A stretch of DNA of 64,000 bases, taken from NCBI GenBank assembly GCA_000182565.2, contig KQ257451.1. One strand, given 5' to 3'. A program made the translations under genes and the position numbers. Of this stretch, positions 13,868-25,542 are shown piece after piece (the stretch's first letter is position 1; each line of letters opens with the position of its first letter). This DNA is from Spizellomyces punctatus DAOM BR117. Its lineage: Eukaryota. The notes under the pieces were generated by a model. It was not told the DNA's origin. It saw only the letters and a program-made list of their open reading frames with translations, and made no database searches.

Positions 13868-14902
13868 TAGCAATATTTCAAATGATGGTTGAGGAGATAG
13901 CCTCCAGCTTTCGCTTGTGCCGTGGCAAACAAGTTTCGGTAACTTAACAAATCCCTACATACCCCCAAATACATTCGGCCATCTTTCTCAGCCAGCCCAG
14001 AATCGCTCATTGTATTGACTCGGTCGTAGGAAACAATAACCGAAACAAAAATGTCACTTTATCCGACCGTAGCTAAGATAGCATAAGGAAGAAATAATCC
14101 TTTAGTGTGGTAACAGGATAGCCAACTCTGTTGAAATAAGTACCGGTCCATCCGAAAAGAACAATGCGACATTTGAGGCGGGACACATATCTCGTAATCC
14201 GTCCCATGTCGTATGGGACCCTTCGATTGTGCAGTTGCCACTACAAGGATGGGCACATGCACGTTGACCTGGGTATCAGTTTCCTGAATGCTGAGAAACG
14301 ATGTCGAACAATAGGAAGGCAGCATTTTCAGATGAGACACTGATGTATGGGGCTCGTCTTTTGTGGCCTCTCGGCTTATCGAACTCGATTGGGGGACATT
14401 AAGGTAATGATCTAATTTCTCGGTATTGTTTGGGGCTTCGTAAGTGTCGGTCATTAATCACGGCAAAACGATGGAGGTTATGACAATACATGCCAGAAGA
14501 AAGGAACCCTTGGGGTAGACAAGACACGATTAGCTAATCGAACAAGCCACGTACCTGGTAAGTTTGCTTACGTACAGCTCAGCTGTTAGATTGGAAGTAA
14601 GCAACATTCAACATGATAATCAATATGAATGTAGGACGCACAGCTGAAAGCGCAAAACCAGGTCTAAAAAGTTATTGGTAAAACAAGAAATCAAGATGTT
14701 AGAAGCTACTTTCCAAGCCCATATCGGCTCGGCCCTTAACACGCGAAAGCGCCCCCATGCTCAAGGCCCTGCACTGCCGCTTGTTCAAAGGGTTGGCGAG
14801 CTTGAGTCCAAATGACACCATGTTATATCAGCCTCAGACGCCAAAAATAAAAAGACCTGGTGAGACTTAAATTGCTTCACTTCACTTGCCGTAGTAGCAA
14901 CA

Positions 14903-17900
14903 ATGATGCATACAACTGCCCGCCTTGTCGTAATCACATTGCTCCTACCATGGACTCTTGTCTTTGCCCAAGTTAATGGCCAACAGAAGCCCACAGGCAT
15001 CGGTGTAGAAGGCCAACCCCAATTTTCCTCGCAAACACTGCCGGATCCGAGCACTTACCAGCATTCAGTCTCTCTGGCGAATGTCGGGAGTGGAAACTAT
15101 TCTATGGCTTTTGCATTGGAAAATGGGGCGAAGAGCGTGAGGTTTTTGATGATGTTGAGCGGAGTACAATTGAATCGGGTTCGTTTGACATGCATGCCTT
15201 GTCATCACCTTTATTAGCGTACCTGACTACTAGTTTGAAACATGGCGATAACACAGGCATGGATGGGCATTGGGTTTGGTTCCTCCATGCTCTCCTCGGG
15301 ATTCATTATTACACATCTACTCGCAAATGGAAGCGTTGAAATGCACGAGCACACTCATAGAAATCAATATGCTCCGCCAACCAGCCACGAGGATCCTAAG
15401 AACTGGGTAATGGAACCGCTGAACGGGGGATACGTCAATGGCATAATGTTCAGTGAATTTCGTCGACCAGTCGATCCGCCGCCGCCGGTCGAATACCCGC
15501 ACGTCACTTTGTCCTTCATGAGTCCTCAGCATATGATTTGGGCGTATAATCCAGCTTCGAAAATAAACACATTAGGGCATTATTTTACATATCACATGCC
15601 CAATGATGGTAAGTATTGCATTCATGGCAATTGTCGTTTTCGGCAGTAAAGATGATTTGGAACCCGCTCAGATAACGGAAATGGCTTGCCCCACCTTCCT
15701 AACCAAACCCACGGCGCCCTCCTGGTAGACTACACCCGGGCGACCGTCGAACCCATCCCTCTTAATCCGTACCCTCCCAAAGTGGCTCACGGGTCACTCA
15801 TGTTCATTGCATGGCTCGTCATACTGCCAATGGGTGCCTTCATCTCCCGATATCTCCGCTTCATTCCGAATTGGATCTATTTCCACCTCACCGCTCAGCT
15901 TCTCGGGGTCCTGATCATCATAACATCGTTCGTGGTCATCCTGGCAACCTACATTAATTACAATTATCCCCATGCAATTCTGGGGACGACCATGATTGGG
16001 TTGCTGTGCTTACAGCTGTTACTGGGATTAGGGAACCGGAAAATGTTGCGAAGTGTCTTACCGTACTCCCCTCGTCGCCAGTTTATACGCATATTCCATC
16101 GAACGTTGGGGTACACTCTACTTCTCGCCGCGATCGCACAAGTAGCTCTTGGATTGCGCATCCTCTTTCCCTTCGAAGAGCGGCGTGGGCTTGCATTCTG
16201 GATCGTGTACATTATCGTCGCAGGATTGTGGATCCTTTTGTTTCTTGGGACCGAATTGTACCGCCGACTCTTTTTATCCGTTAAGGATAAGACTGTTCCA
16301 GCTCCGGAGGTGGAACAAGGGAACAAGTTCCTTGAAGCAGGAAAGCCCGTTCCGAAAGGGATGACAGAATTGGCAAAGGTGCAGGATGAAAAAGTCTACC
16401 CTGATTTACTTTCGTATGATTGGAGATCTCTGGATAAGGCCGTGTCGGATGGGTGCGTTCGAGGTCTTTTCCTTTTGAGTTTGCTAGCGCATTGTTGTGA
16501 CTTGCTTTCAATGACGAGCAGGGCGATCCTTGTAGTAGCGAACGGACGCTACGTCTACGACGCTTCCCAGTGGCTCCGGTAAGGTCATGCTGTTGTATCG
16601 TCCTCTGTATGATCTGGTCTCAAGCAAGCATGATTTTCATCTATTCAATGCAGCTCTCATCCAGGTGGTCAGGTAAAAAGTCCCACAGTTCCACAGCATT
16701 ATTGGTTCGTCGAGCAATAGCAGTGATATTTTCCATTCTAGATCATCCTCTTGGCAGTCGCGGGAACCGATATATCCAGTGATTATTTTCATGAAGGTTC
16801 GTACCTAATCACATTTGGGAGTCCCATTAAGAACGAAAGCAAGTAACAGTCATCAATTTTCAAATATAAAGCCGGATACGATGCAGCGGAATTTACCCCA
16901 CCTCGTCGCATACCATTACAAAGGGCAGAACGACAAGATGTGACGACTCTGCACGAAAGTATCCCGTCCACCACGCCTTCCAATCTCGCTCCTGATAGTT
17001 TGACGTCAATGAGCGGTACAACAGAGTTCATGGAGACATCACACTACTTGACTGAGGAGGACTGGTCCAAAATCGTACGAGCACGTCGAACGCATGTGCA
17101 TACAAAAGTCGCTATCATGCGCTTGTCGAATTTGCTAGTGGGGGAGTTACATCCTTCTCATAAACGGTGGCAGAAGGCGTTGAACCAGGGGAGCGAGCCT
17201 ACCCTTGTAAATCAAGATGTTGGGGATGGCAATGACGATGCACAAAACAGATTATTCGATCCAGAGGAGTATCGTCGGTATGCTTTAACATCAAAGACAC
17301 TCGTCAACCCCAACACTCCTGGCCACCCAATCTTCCGCCTGAGATTCTGTCTTTTGTATCCTTACGAGCGCAGACAAGGCGAGCCAGAAATTATCTATCC
17401 TGGGCAAGCAATGGAGATTCAGATTCGCCCACATGCCGATCGAATCCCTTTATCGAGGTACTATTCGCCTGTTCATGGAAATATGATGGCTCTTGAAGTC
17501 TTGGTAAAAATGTACCCTGGGGACGGAGTATCCGGATATTTGGGAAAACAGCGACTTGGGGAAAGACAGTTCAAGATTCGCGGCCCGCTTGGGGATCCAT
17601 TGGTTGGGCCGGAACGCCCGCTGGGGTTTGGCGGGACTGGGGCGGATTGGGTGCCGGAAGATATGCTATTCGTGTGTAAGTATAGAGAGACAACTCTACG
17701 GCTAGTAGGCTGGTAGTTGTCAGGAATATCTGTTTGCGAGAGCTCTTGCTAATCCATCTTAAACAGCGGCGGGAACAGGTATAACCCCGTTCCTTCAACT
17801 TCTTCAATATCTCTTCCTACCCACATCCGTTCCCCTCCTTGTAAGCCTTCATTTACAAATCCCAGCGTCCGTCCCCAAGGATCTAACTCGCAACTTTTAT

Positions 17901-18602
17901 ATCGCAGGCAAATGGTGACTACACCCCCGCAATGTCCGATGAAATTGCTCTTCACGAGGGGGACACTATCGTAGTGCAACATCATTATCTGGACGGATGG
18001 GCTCTAGGACGGAACATAACCACGGGTACGGAACTGCATCGACCATCAGTGATAATCAGTATAGAGCTCATTTCCCAATCCCAATGATAAATAGGCGAAG
18101 AAGGAGCATTTCCTCTCCCAAAAACGCATCCCCGCACCTCAACGAAATTAACGTTACTCAACGCTGTGCATGCCCCACAAGACATTATTGGAACAGACCT
18201 CATCGATGCGGTTCTTCTATCTTACCCTCGGCACCTTCAAGTTCACCACGTTATATCATTGCGCGAGGGTAGTGTGGAGAATGTCAGCGGATTCGTATAC
18301 AGGGGGCATGTATGTGAGGCTGTCTTGGCACAGGCTGTTTCGAATGAAAGCATGGGGGATGAGGAAAATGAGAGAAGGTCTGGGAGGCATGCAGTCGTGT
18401 GTGGACCGCCGCAATTTAACTCGGCGATGGTGGATCAGGTGGGTTCAGGAAATTATTTGGGACAATCTGTTTGTTTATACTGATGCCTTGCTCTCGGAAT
18501 ATGCAGCTCATTTACAAGTTTGGATACCAAAGCACCGATGTCACCATGCTGACCAGCGATTCGCCGTATTGGTATCATCATCTTGAAACTTGTAATGGGT
18601 GA
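14903..18602 (+). CDS. Signal peptide-DOMON-cytochrome b561-cytochrome b5-FAD/NAD(P)H reductase fusion with an internal SH3 domain (about 991 aa, 11 exons)
   Basis: Exons 14903-15178, 15257-15608, 15672-16452, 16522-16578, 16654-16672, 16742-16796, 16872-17675, 17767-17840, 17908-18025, 18095-18438 and 18507-18602 are all GT-AG bounded and sum to 2976 nt in one open frame. Motifs: DOMON WMGIGFGSSM...IWAY...YH; b561 AHG, FH, PH, FHR; b5 VYDASQWLRSHPGG; FAD RYYSP, GVSGYL, RGPLG; NAD(P) AGTGITP, CGPPQF; SH3 DY..DEIAL..GD...GW..G..G.FP. Confidence 0.9.
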
Positions 18603-18923
18603 GCACTGTCCTTGGAACTGTCGATGTTGGCATCTCTTTTGCGATCTTGGTGACGCGGGCTTGGGACATTCTCAGCACCCCTATGTATATTTTTGCTTTT
18701 GTCTACGCCTCATGTACATACTGTAAACAGGTTCTGACCATGTTGGTAAATTGCAATTAGGAGATTTACTGGCAGCTTTCTCTATGCATATTCATATGTG
18801 CAGACCCAGGTATATTCGGTATATTTATTATGCAACTCAGTCTTGGATTACCGAGTGGTCTCAGAAAAAAAAAGAGGTTCCTGCCCTCTCAACAGCCAGT
18901 ATATAAACTTCGCTCAGAAACCC

Positions 18924-21244
18924 TCACACCTCTTCGGCAATCTTAGAGCTTAATATCCCTCTACAATATTCCCCAAAACAATCCACAACACTTGGTTTTG
19001 ACATCGAGTTTCCTGTTCGCAGTTTATCAAGTTCATCAAAGAACATTGCGTGAATGCTTGAGAGGGCAGCCTGGACGGGTTGGAAGGAAACGTCCCAGAT
19101 GTTGTATGCTGAGTGTGCTTTTGGACGTATTTCCTGTGATTGAGTTAGACCAATGTGCCTCTGTGACTCAAATATGAACGAATGACCTACAATTAGGTGG
19201 CTGTGCTGATCCTTTCGCCATGACATGCGACTGTCGTCCACAATAAGCGGCTCCAATCCGAATCCATAACCATATCCTTCTCCCTCCTCCTTCGGTAGCG
19301 CACCCTTTTGTTCCTCCTCCCACAAGTGCCAAAATCCATACAGACTAGCCAAATCTTTTGGAGGTGGGAGAGCGCCCTTGTCTCGTGACGATGGTTCCGC
19401 AGATTTCCTGCCCTGCATTTGTTTCAAATGCTCATATTCGCTTCGTGCAGAGTATGCCGTTCCAGTAATACGCAGTGCAGAACCGGCTGGTACGTCGTTC
19501 AGAATCTCACAGACTTGTTGGACGTACTCTTGGTCTCCTATTGAACAAAGGCTGATTTCAAATCTTTCCTTGGCCCAATCAAGGAAAGCAATGACGGACG
19601 AAGAGAGTACGACTTGCATTCCGCGACGCAAGGTTACCACACGGGATTCCGGAACTGTTTGAATGAGATATTAACTTGTGATCATCAAAAAATGTATCTT
19701 GCTAATGCGTACTTAATGGTACTTGTTCTCGTGGTAAAGCTTTTGGCTCAGGGCCCACAGCCCGGAGAATAGTATCGTCAATGTCAAGGACGAGGGGGAG
19801 CTTGCGATCGAACAGCATTTTATCAACCTGCTGCCGTAGCGCCTTGCGAATGGCACCGGCCGGTATAAAGTAAGCAAAGATCCTAGGTGACGGAAGGAAA
19901 TAGCATAAGTTTCTAACGGCTTAGTAAAGTCACAATCCAGCCGATCAGACTTACTTTCTATTCAACTTGTCTCGTGAAGGCTTCAGGTGCATCTCCCATT
20001 CCCTGTCAGTTCCCTTCTCCTTGATATTTACATGAACAGTCTTTCTCAATCCGGCCAAATCCTTCCAAAAGTCACTATCTGGTTCCGGCCACTTGAAGAC
20101 AAGCCGATGCTGGCTACCGTAATGACCAAGTTGACCAAAGCTGCTGAAAAACGAACGCGGGAGGGGTTTTTGAACTTGGAATGTAGAAGCTAGCAGAAAT
20201 GTTTCGTTGAATGATATCGTGCTGACTTCGTGCAAGGTTAATGTACATGGTGTGTTATATGGTGCGGGTAATATGAGAGTTGGTGAATAGGGCGGAAGTC
20301 GGGATTGAGAGGAAAACTCGATATACGTGGGAACAGGAGTTGGAACCACCGGTTGCTCATCAACGGCTGGAAGATGCCAATGAGGTTAATGCAAACAAGA
20401 TTAAGGGACCCAGCGGAACTCTGAAGGATTGGTGTACCTGGTGTAAGAGTAGACTGGGTTATCGGTGCCATAAGGCCATCCAACCCTCCTGGAACTTGGT
20501 GATTCTGTATCGTGGCATTTATAGCTTGTTGTGGTTGCATGTATGTTTGCAAACATGATACCAGGCTACACACATACTGTTGAAAAATGGAGAATAAACT
20601 GGTAAGGCAATGAAGACACTGATGGGACTGATGTCTTGCATGCACATGGCTATGACTGGAGATGGACGATCATGTCCATCTTTCGACAGTACACTGCCAA
20701 GATATGTCGACGTAGGGAGTGGATACGACTCCCAATGTTTGGGTATGTAAAGTCAATCCAGCGCGTTTTCTCCCCAAGTATTGGATATGCTGCTCCAATC
20801 CAATTGCAATGGCAAGGCTCCTTCATTTTGTGCATCAAGATATGTAAAGCGCAAACTCACCTCCAGTTGACGTTGTGCGTCGTCGGGCGACACAACTGGG
20901 GACAAAAGAGGCAAGTTGGTCGTCGGCGACATGGCTTGACCTTTCTCTGCCGTACCATCTATATTCAGCGGAGTGCCAATTTTTCCCGAAGCTGCATGAC
21001 GGACAGTTGGAACATGCGGGTAATGTTCATGGCGTGGTGAAATCGCTCTGTATGGTTTGAAATGCTTTTTGCGTGATGACCCAGTAGTGGCTTGTTGCGC
21101 TTGAGCATGCGTGCGAGCGGCGAGCTGCCGTCGATCTGAAGGTGGTCGTTGGTGTAGGTGAACGGTGCCGTTGGGAAGAGCTCCCCGATGCGACCGTGGT
21201 TGGTGACCGACGGGTCCCGCAGCCCAACCGCGTCGATGATCCAT
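18924..21244 (-). CDS. Fcp1/CPL-like HAD-family CTD phosphatase; 5' exon structure uncertain
   Basis: An exon near 19720-19880 (not in the ORF track) reads KMLFDRKLPLVLDIDDTILRA, with the DxDxT motif at 19771-19785. Downstream: VTLRRG, FEISLCSIGDQEYVQQVCEIL, LIVDD and ALSSIHAMFFDELD, which are FCPH-domain hallmarks. The start at 21244 (MDHRRG...QLE|GTGAGT) is tentative. Confidence 0.75.
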
Positions 21245-22225
21245 GGCGTGTAAAATGGGTAAAGGGCCAAAAGGACGGGGCCAAGACGAAAGAAACAAAG
21301 AGTGCAGGGAAAGACGCCTCAGCACCGACCTCGCTCGGCGAAGCAGACCAAATATGCCTTTTGTAGTGTTCACCGCTGTTTGGGCTGCCGAAAAGTTTGC
21401 GGCTCCAAAGGAATACGGCACAGGTGGGGCTCGTATCAAAAAATGCCAAGAGGGGATGTAGAGTGCCTTACACTCAAAGGCAGCAACAACAGGCTGCGCG
21501 CAGTCAATGAGAAGCTACTGCAGCGCCTACTTGACAGCTTACTGAACGCCCACAAGTTCTCTCAACAGAGACCTCGAATATCAAATCTGCTGTCAAGCAA
21601 ATATACGCCAGAAAGCTTTTTGTAGAGTCCCGGATTGCACACGCAGAGAGTCCAACCCTCCTTTTTCACCTTTTTGCTTAAAAAACAAACACGGTAATTT
21701 GGGATGCTCTTGCTCCCCCTAGTCTTTTTACTTTTGAGCACTTGTATATTCCTTTTGGGACCACAGCAAACCGTTGGGTCAGAAAGGAGAGAAAGGCCGA
21801 AACCCAAAAGACTTTATAAATGCTCAGTTTACACACGTGATAAACCAATGGATGCATCAAATGCATTCCAATGCTTTGAACACTTATGTCATCCGTTGGC
21901 ACACCTTTTTTTACTTTTTGTTCTTCAATAATGGCCTATTCAACTACTAGCCATGTGGAAACAATAAAATAAAAGGCAGGTTGAAGCAAACGACCATAAA
22001 AAGAACAAGTCAAACAAAAAAAGGCCTAAAAGAAATCTTTTTGTTTTTCACGGCTTTCTTCAGCCCCCAATTGCCCCAACATCCACAAAAGCTCTTCACG
22101 CAAAATAACAGAGTCAAAAGCTGTGAAAACGGCCCCTAGGGGTTTAAACTAAACTGCATAGGAAAACCACTTGTCTAGCTGTTTCTTTTGTTAGCCGAGG
22201 GGTGGCTTGCCGGGGAAGGGGGTGA

Positions 22226-23536
22226 ATGGACTCATCGATGGGCATCCCCAACGAAAAGCATGAATTTGTCTTTCGTGGCAAAATGGCATCCACGAACACA
22301 CCAACGCGAAATAGGTGTAAACATGGGGAGAGCGAAAAAACGCTTTCTGAACGTGGCTGCCGACGGGGGTTCCCCAGCCCAAGAATCATCGCCGATCCTC
22401 CGTCCAGCAAAGAAGCTCTTTGCCGAGAACATATGTCATCCCTCCCGCCCGCCGAGACCACTATTTTCCACCTTCCCGCCTCCCATCCCTTTGATTCTTC
22501 ACATACACAATACATGCTCCTAAAATCTATAAAAAAGTTTTGTAAAAAGCTTCGTAAGAACGGGAAAGCACCTGTTACTGCTGGCAGTGTTCGTCCAGAC
22601 AGCGTTGTCATTCACGAAGATGCAGCCACTGCGTCGTATCGTCCGTCGTTTCTTTGGGAGTCCGATGACGATGTGCGCCACTCGATACAGGACAAGACGA
22701 AAGCAATACCAGGACAGGGCACTTCCAGACAAGAACCCAGAGGGAGCAACCGGACCAGTGACATGTTGAAATCCTCCTCTCAGACTGGCCGTTCGCATGA
22801 CTCTGTCAGACCCTCGTATTATGCGACACGCCCATCCATCGACTCTACCCGGTCAGCCACAGGACCTGGATTTTCGTTTTCAACGTTTACCCCAACTCCT
22901 ATTGACGCCCGTTGGACACGACGTTCCGCCGATATGCCGCGCGAGGTCCACCATCCCTTCCCTCCCCTGCCCCCATCAAAGCTGTCACCGCGACCCTCCT
23001 CCGTTACCTCCTCCACACACTCTTCATCCGTTTCCGCCCACCTTGACGCACAGATGCAAGCACTCAATGGCGTCTTTTCACGCATACGAGCCGCACAGGA
23101 TCTCAAAAAGGAGAACCTACAACGACGAGAACGCTCATCCTTTGATTTTCCCCGGCCCGGTGCCCTCACAGCATCGGTCCATGGAGCAGGCCGTGGATCA
23201 CAGGACACGTATGGATCCCTCAAAACGCAGACGGGGAGAATCTCCCAGGACACTCTATCAGCAACCCCATCGCGGTACGATGCCCCAAAAAGGTCCTTTG
23301 ATCAACCAAGACTGCAAGCACCGTACCTTCCTCCACCGACTCCCAAGAGTAGACCCATCATTGTCATTACACCAACACCGCCAGATCATGACGCTCGATC
23401 GACCGTGTCGCATTGTACGCATAAATCCAATCGGACAGATTCAGGCTTCCATCGAAGCGAATTGGAGTCTTTATACATAGATTTGAAGGATTTATCCTTG
23501 GATCAGTTGGTAGAAAAGTATGCGACCGTAACCTGA
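22226..23536 (+). CDS. Hypothetical Ser/Pro/Arg-rich disordered protein, single exon; the true start may be a downstream ATG (about 22430 or 22514)
   Basis: 436-codon ORF rich in RxS motifs (RRSAD, RSSFD, RPSID, KRSFD) with an ordered-looking C-terminus (IDLKDLSLDQLVEKY). Confidence 0.7.
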   Translation: MDSSMGIPNEKHEFVFRGKMASTNTPTRNRCKHGESEKTLSERGCRRGFPSPRIIADPPSSKEALCREHMSSLPPAETTIFHLPASHPFDSSHTQYMLLKSIKKFCKKLRKNGKAPVTAGSVRPDSVVIHEDAATASYRPSFLWESDDDVRHSIQDKTKAIPGQGTSRQEPRGSNRTSDMLKSSSQTGRSHDSVRPSYYATRPSIDSTRSATGPGFSFSTFTPTPIDARWTRRSADMPREVHHPFPPLPPSKLSPRPSSVTSSTHSSSVSAHLDAQMQALNGVFSRIRAAQDLKKENLQRRERSSFDFPRPGALTASVHGAGRGSQDTYGSLKTQTGRISQDTLSATPSRYDAPKRSFDQPRLQAPYLPPPTPKSRPIIVITPTPPDHDARSTVSHCTHKSNRTDSGFHRSELESLYIDLKDLSLDQLVEKYATVT

Positions 23537-25359
23537 ATTGATGAGCTGATCAGCAGTATCTTGCGTGGACGTAGAGTCCAAGCATACATGTTCGTAAAAG
23601 GAAGATAGACTGAGTCAATGGGCTTGGGATCCTTCTCTGCCGTTTTATCTTTTCCCTGTACATTTTATACTTGATTGTAATTGATATTTGGAATATGTCA
23701 CGGAGACCTTGGACTTTTTTTTTCATGACTATCGAAATGCCCAAGTGATCTATTACGATTGGCTTCTGTTACCCGTTTCCATACAGGATGAGAGTGGGAT
23801 CCACGTCGAGCATCCTGCAGAACACATATCTGGAAAAAGCAACACCAATATTTATATTTGGACGGTTTTGATGGCATGCCCTGTACAAGCCCGCCGTTGC
23901 CGTTCTCCCCTTTGAAAGCAATAACCTCATGTTGGTGAAACGCAAAGTGGAGAGCATTTGATAATGACTGAACGTCTCATACGGAACGAGCCATAGAGTA
24001 ACGCTTCAACAGGATGACCTCATCTCTGAAGAAATAAGTCATGACTTTCTCAACCTGGTTATTTCATGCTCGTAGCTGCTCATTCTCGCGCATAGCTAGC
24101 GCGCACAAACCACATCTCTCGAGGGGGATTTGAATACTGCCAATTACAGGGACTGCCAGACTTGTAGCTCTTAATTTCTTGATGGAAGTATCGACAGCAA
24201 TACAAAGGCTGTTCTGACATAGACTTGTAATCACAGTCGTTTGTTTATAGCAGTCATCCGTCATAGCGAGTTTCTGTTCCGCTGCGCCGACGGACCGCTC
24301 AAGTTGTCTCTGTGATTTCTGGTATCCTGCATCCTTGCGACAAGGGTGAGTCCAAATTTTGCTCTATGGTGACAAGTTCCACCTGATGCTTTATTCCATT
24401 GTTCAGCATTGAATTGACTCGGTGATCATGGACTGAAGATACAGCAATAGAACTCAAATAGTTGCTCCATCCCAGCTGGTCAATTCGTCTAATCCGAGAC
24501 ATCAAACTGATGGATAGCCCTTACTCGACCCGGACTCGCCATCTTACATCCTGGAAAAGGAAAACCAAAATCTTTCTAAAATCCCCCTTGACATTGTCTT
24601 CTTCTCTAATGGATGTGACAGTTGCTCGCATGCAAGGTAAAGTACTGGAAAATGGTCATCCACTTCATACCCGCATCGAACGAATATGTGCTCGCAGAGA
24701 GACGCAAGTGTCTTCCAAAAGGATTGATGCCTCCAGGTCCGAACCCAGACGTCCTCGTGTCGAGTACATAATAACAAGGAATAATGTGTGATACCTCTTA
24801 TGTACATTCATATGTTCTCGCAATTAAAACCTTTCTTATCATACTTGACTAGCAGCAAATAAACTGTAGGGTTTCTTGAACCATTGTTAGTACATTAACA
24901 AAATATATTAATCGGATGTGAACTTCAAGTGGGTCAATTCCCGCTTCTCCATCCTTGCCGGAACGATTCTGATGAGCAGCTTTATCAAGACATGACCCAG
25001 TAGATGCAGCTGAAAAACACTGACTCAATATAAGGGAGCGCTGCTAAAATACAAACATGCTTGACCTTGATTAGATTGCAATAAACATATCCGCTGTTGA
25101 GCAACAAAACGACCAGCAAACGCTTCTTCAGTCGACCAAATCTGTGGCGCATGTGGCGGATGATACGCGTACGTAAGGATCGTATCGCTCCTGCTTTTTT
25201 CCTTCCTTTCCCCCCATCAAGTTAGCGCTTTAACTTTTAGCGAACACGGAGATATAAAAACCCCTCGTCTCTACAACATACCAAAAGAGTCTACACCCCC
25301 ATTACCACACCAAATTATCTAACCCTACGGACAAGCAAAAGCCTATTACCAGTGCTACT

Positions 25360-25542
25360 ATGAGGATTTTGCTTCCCTTTGCTCCATTCGGATCTCTTAC
25401 ACGAGTACCTATTACCCCACGCATTGTACCAATACCTAAAAGAAATGAGCAGAGTGTCGGGAGGGTATGGAGGGGGTGGGGTGTAGCGGCGTTGATCGTT
25501 GGGTGTGGGATGGGGGTAAAGTACTATAGGGAGATGGAATAG
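25360..25542 (+). CDS. Candidate 60-aa single-TM microprotein
   Basis: TATAAAAA at about 25253, then an ATG ORF with a basic, acid-free N-terminus and a hydrophobic segment WGVAALIVGCGMGV. It shows the C-rich 5' to G/T-rich 3' skew seen in neighbouring real genes. Confidence 0.4.
   Translation: MRILLPFAPFGSLTRVPITPRIVPIPKRNEQSVGRVWRGWGVAALIVGCGMGVKYYREME

Noticed and set aside
14059-14454. 131-aa minus-strand ORF between the divergent Tmc-like and redox genes
   Set aside because: No recognisable motif or convincing splice link; probably a chance ORF in promoter DNA.
23700-24830. Possible pseudogene fragments
   Set aside because: Short frames with stops on both strands and no family motif that I could recognise.
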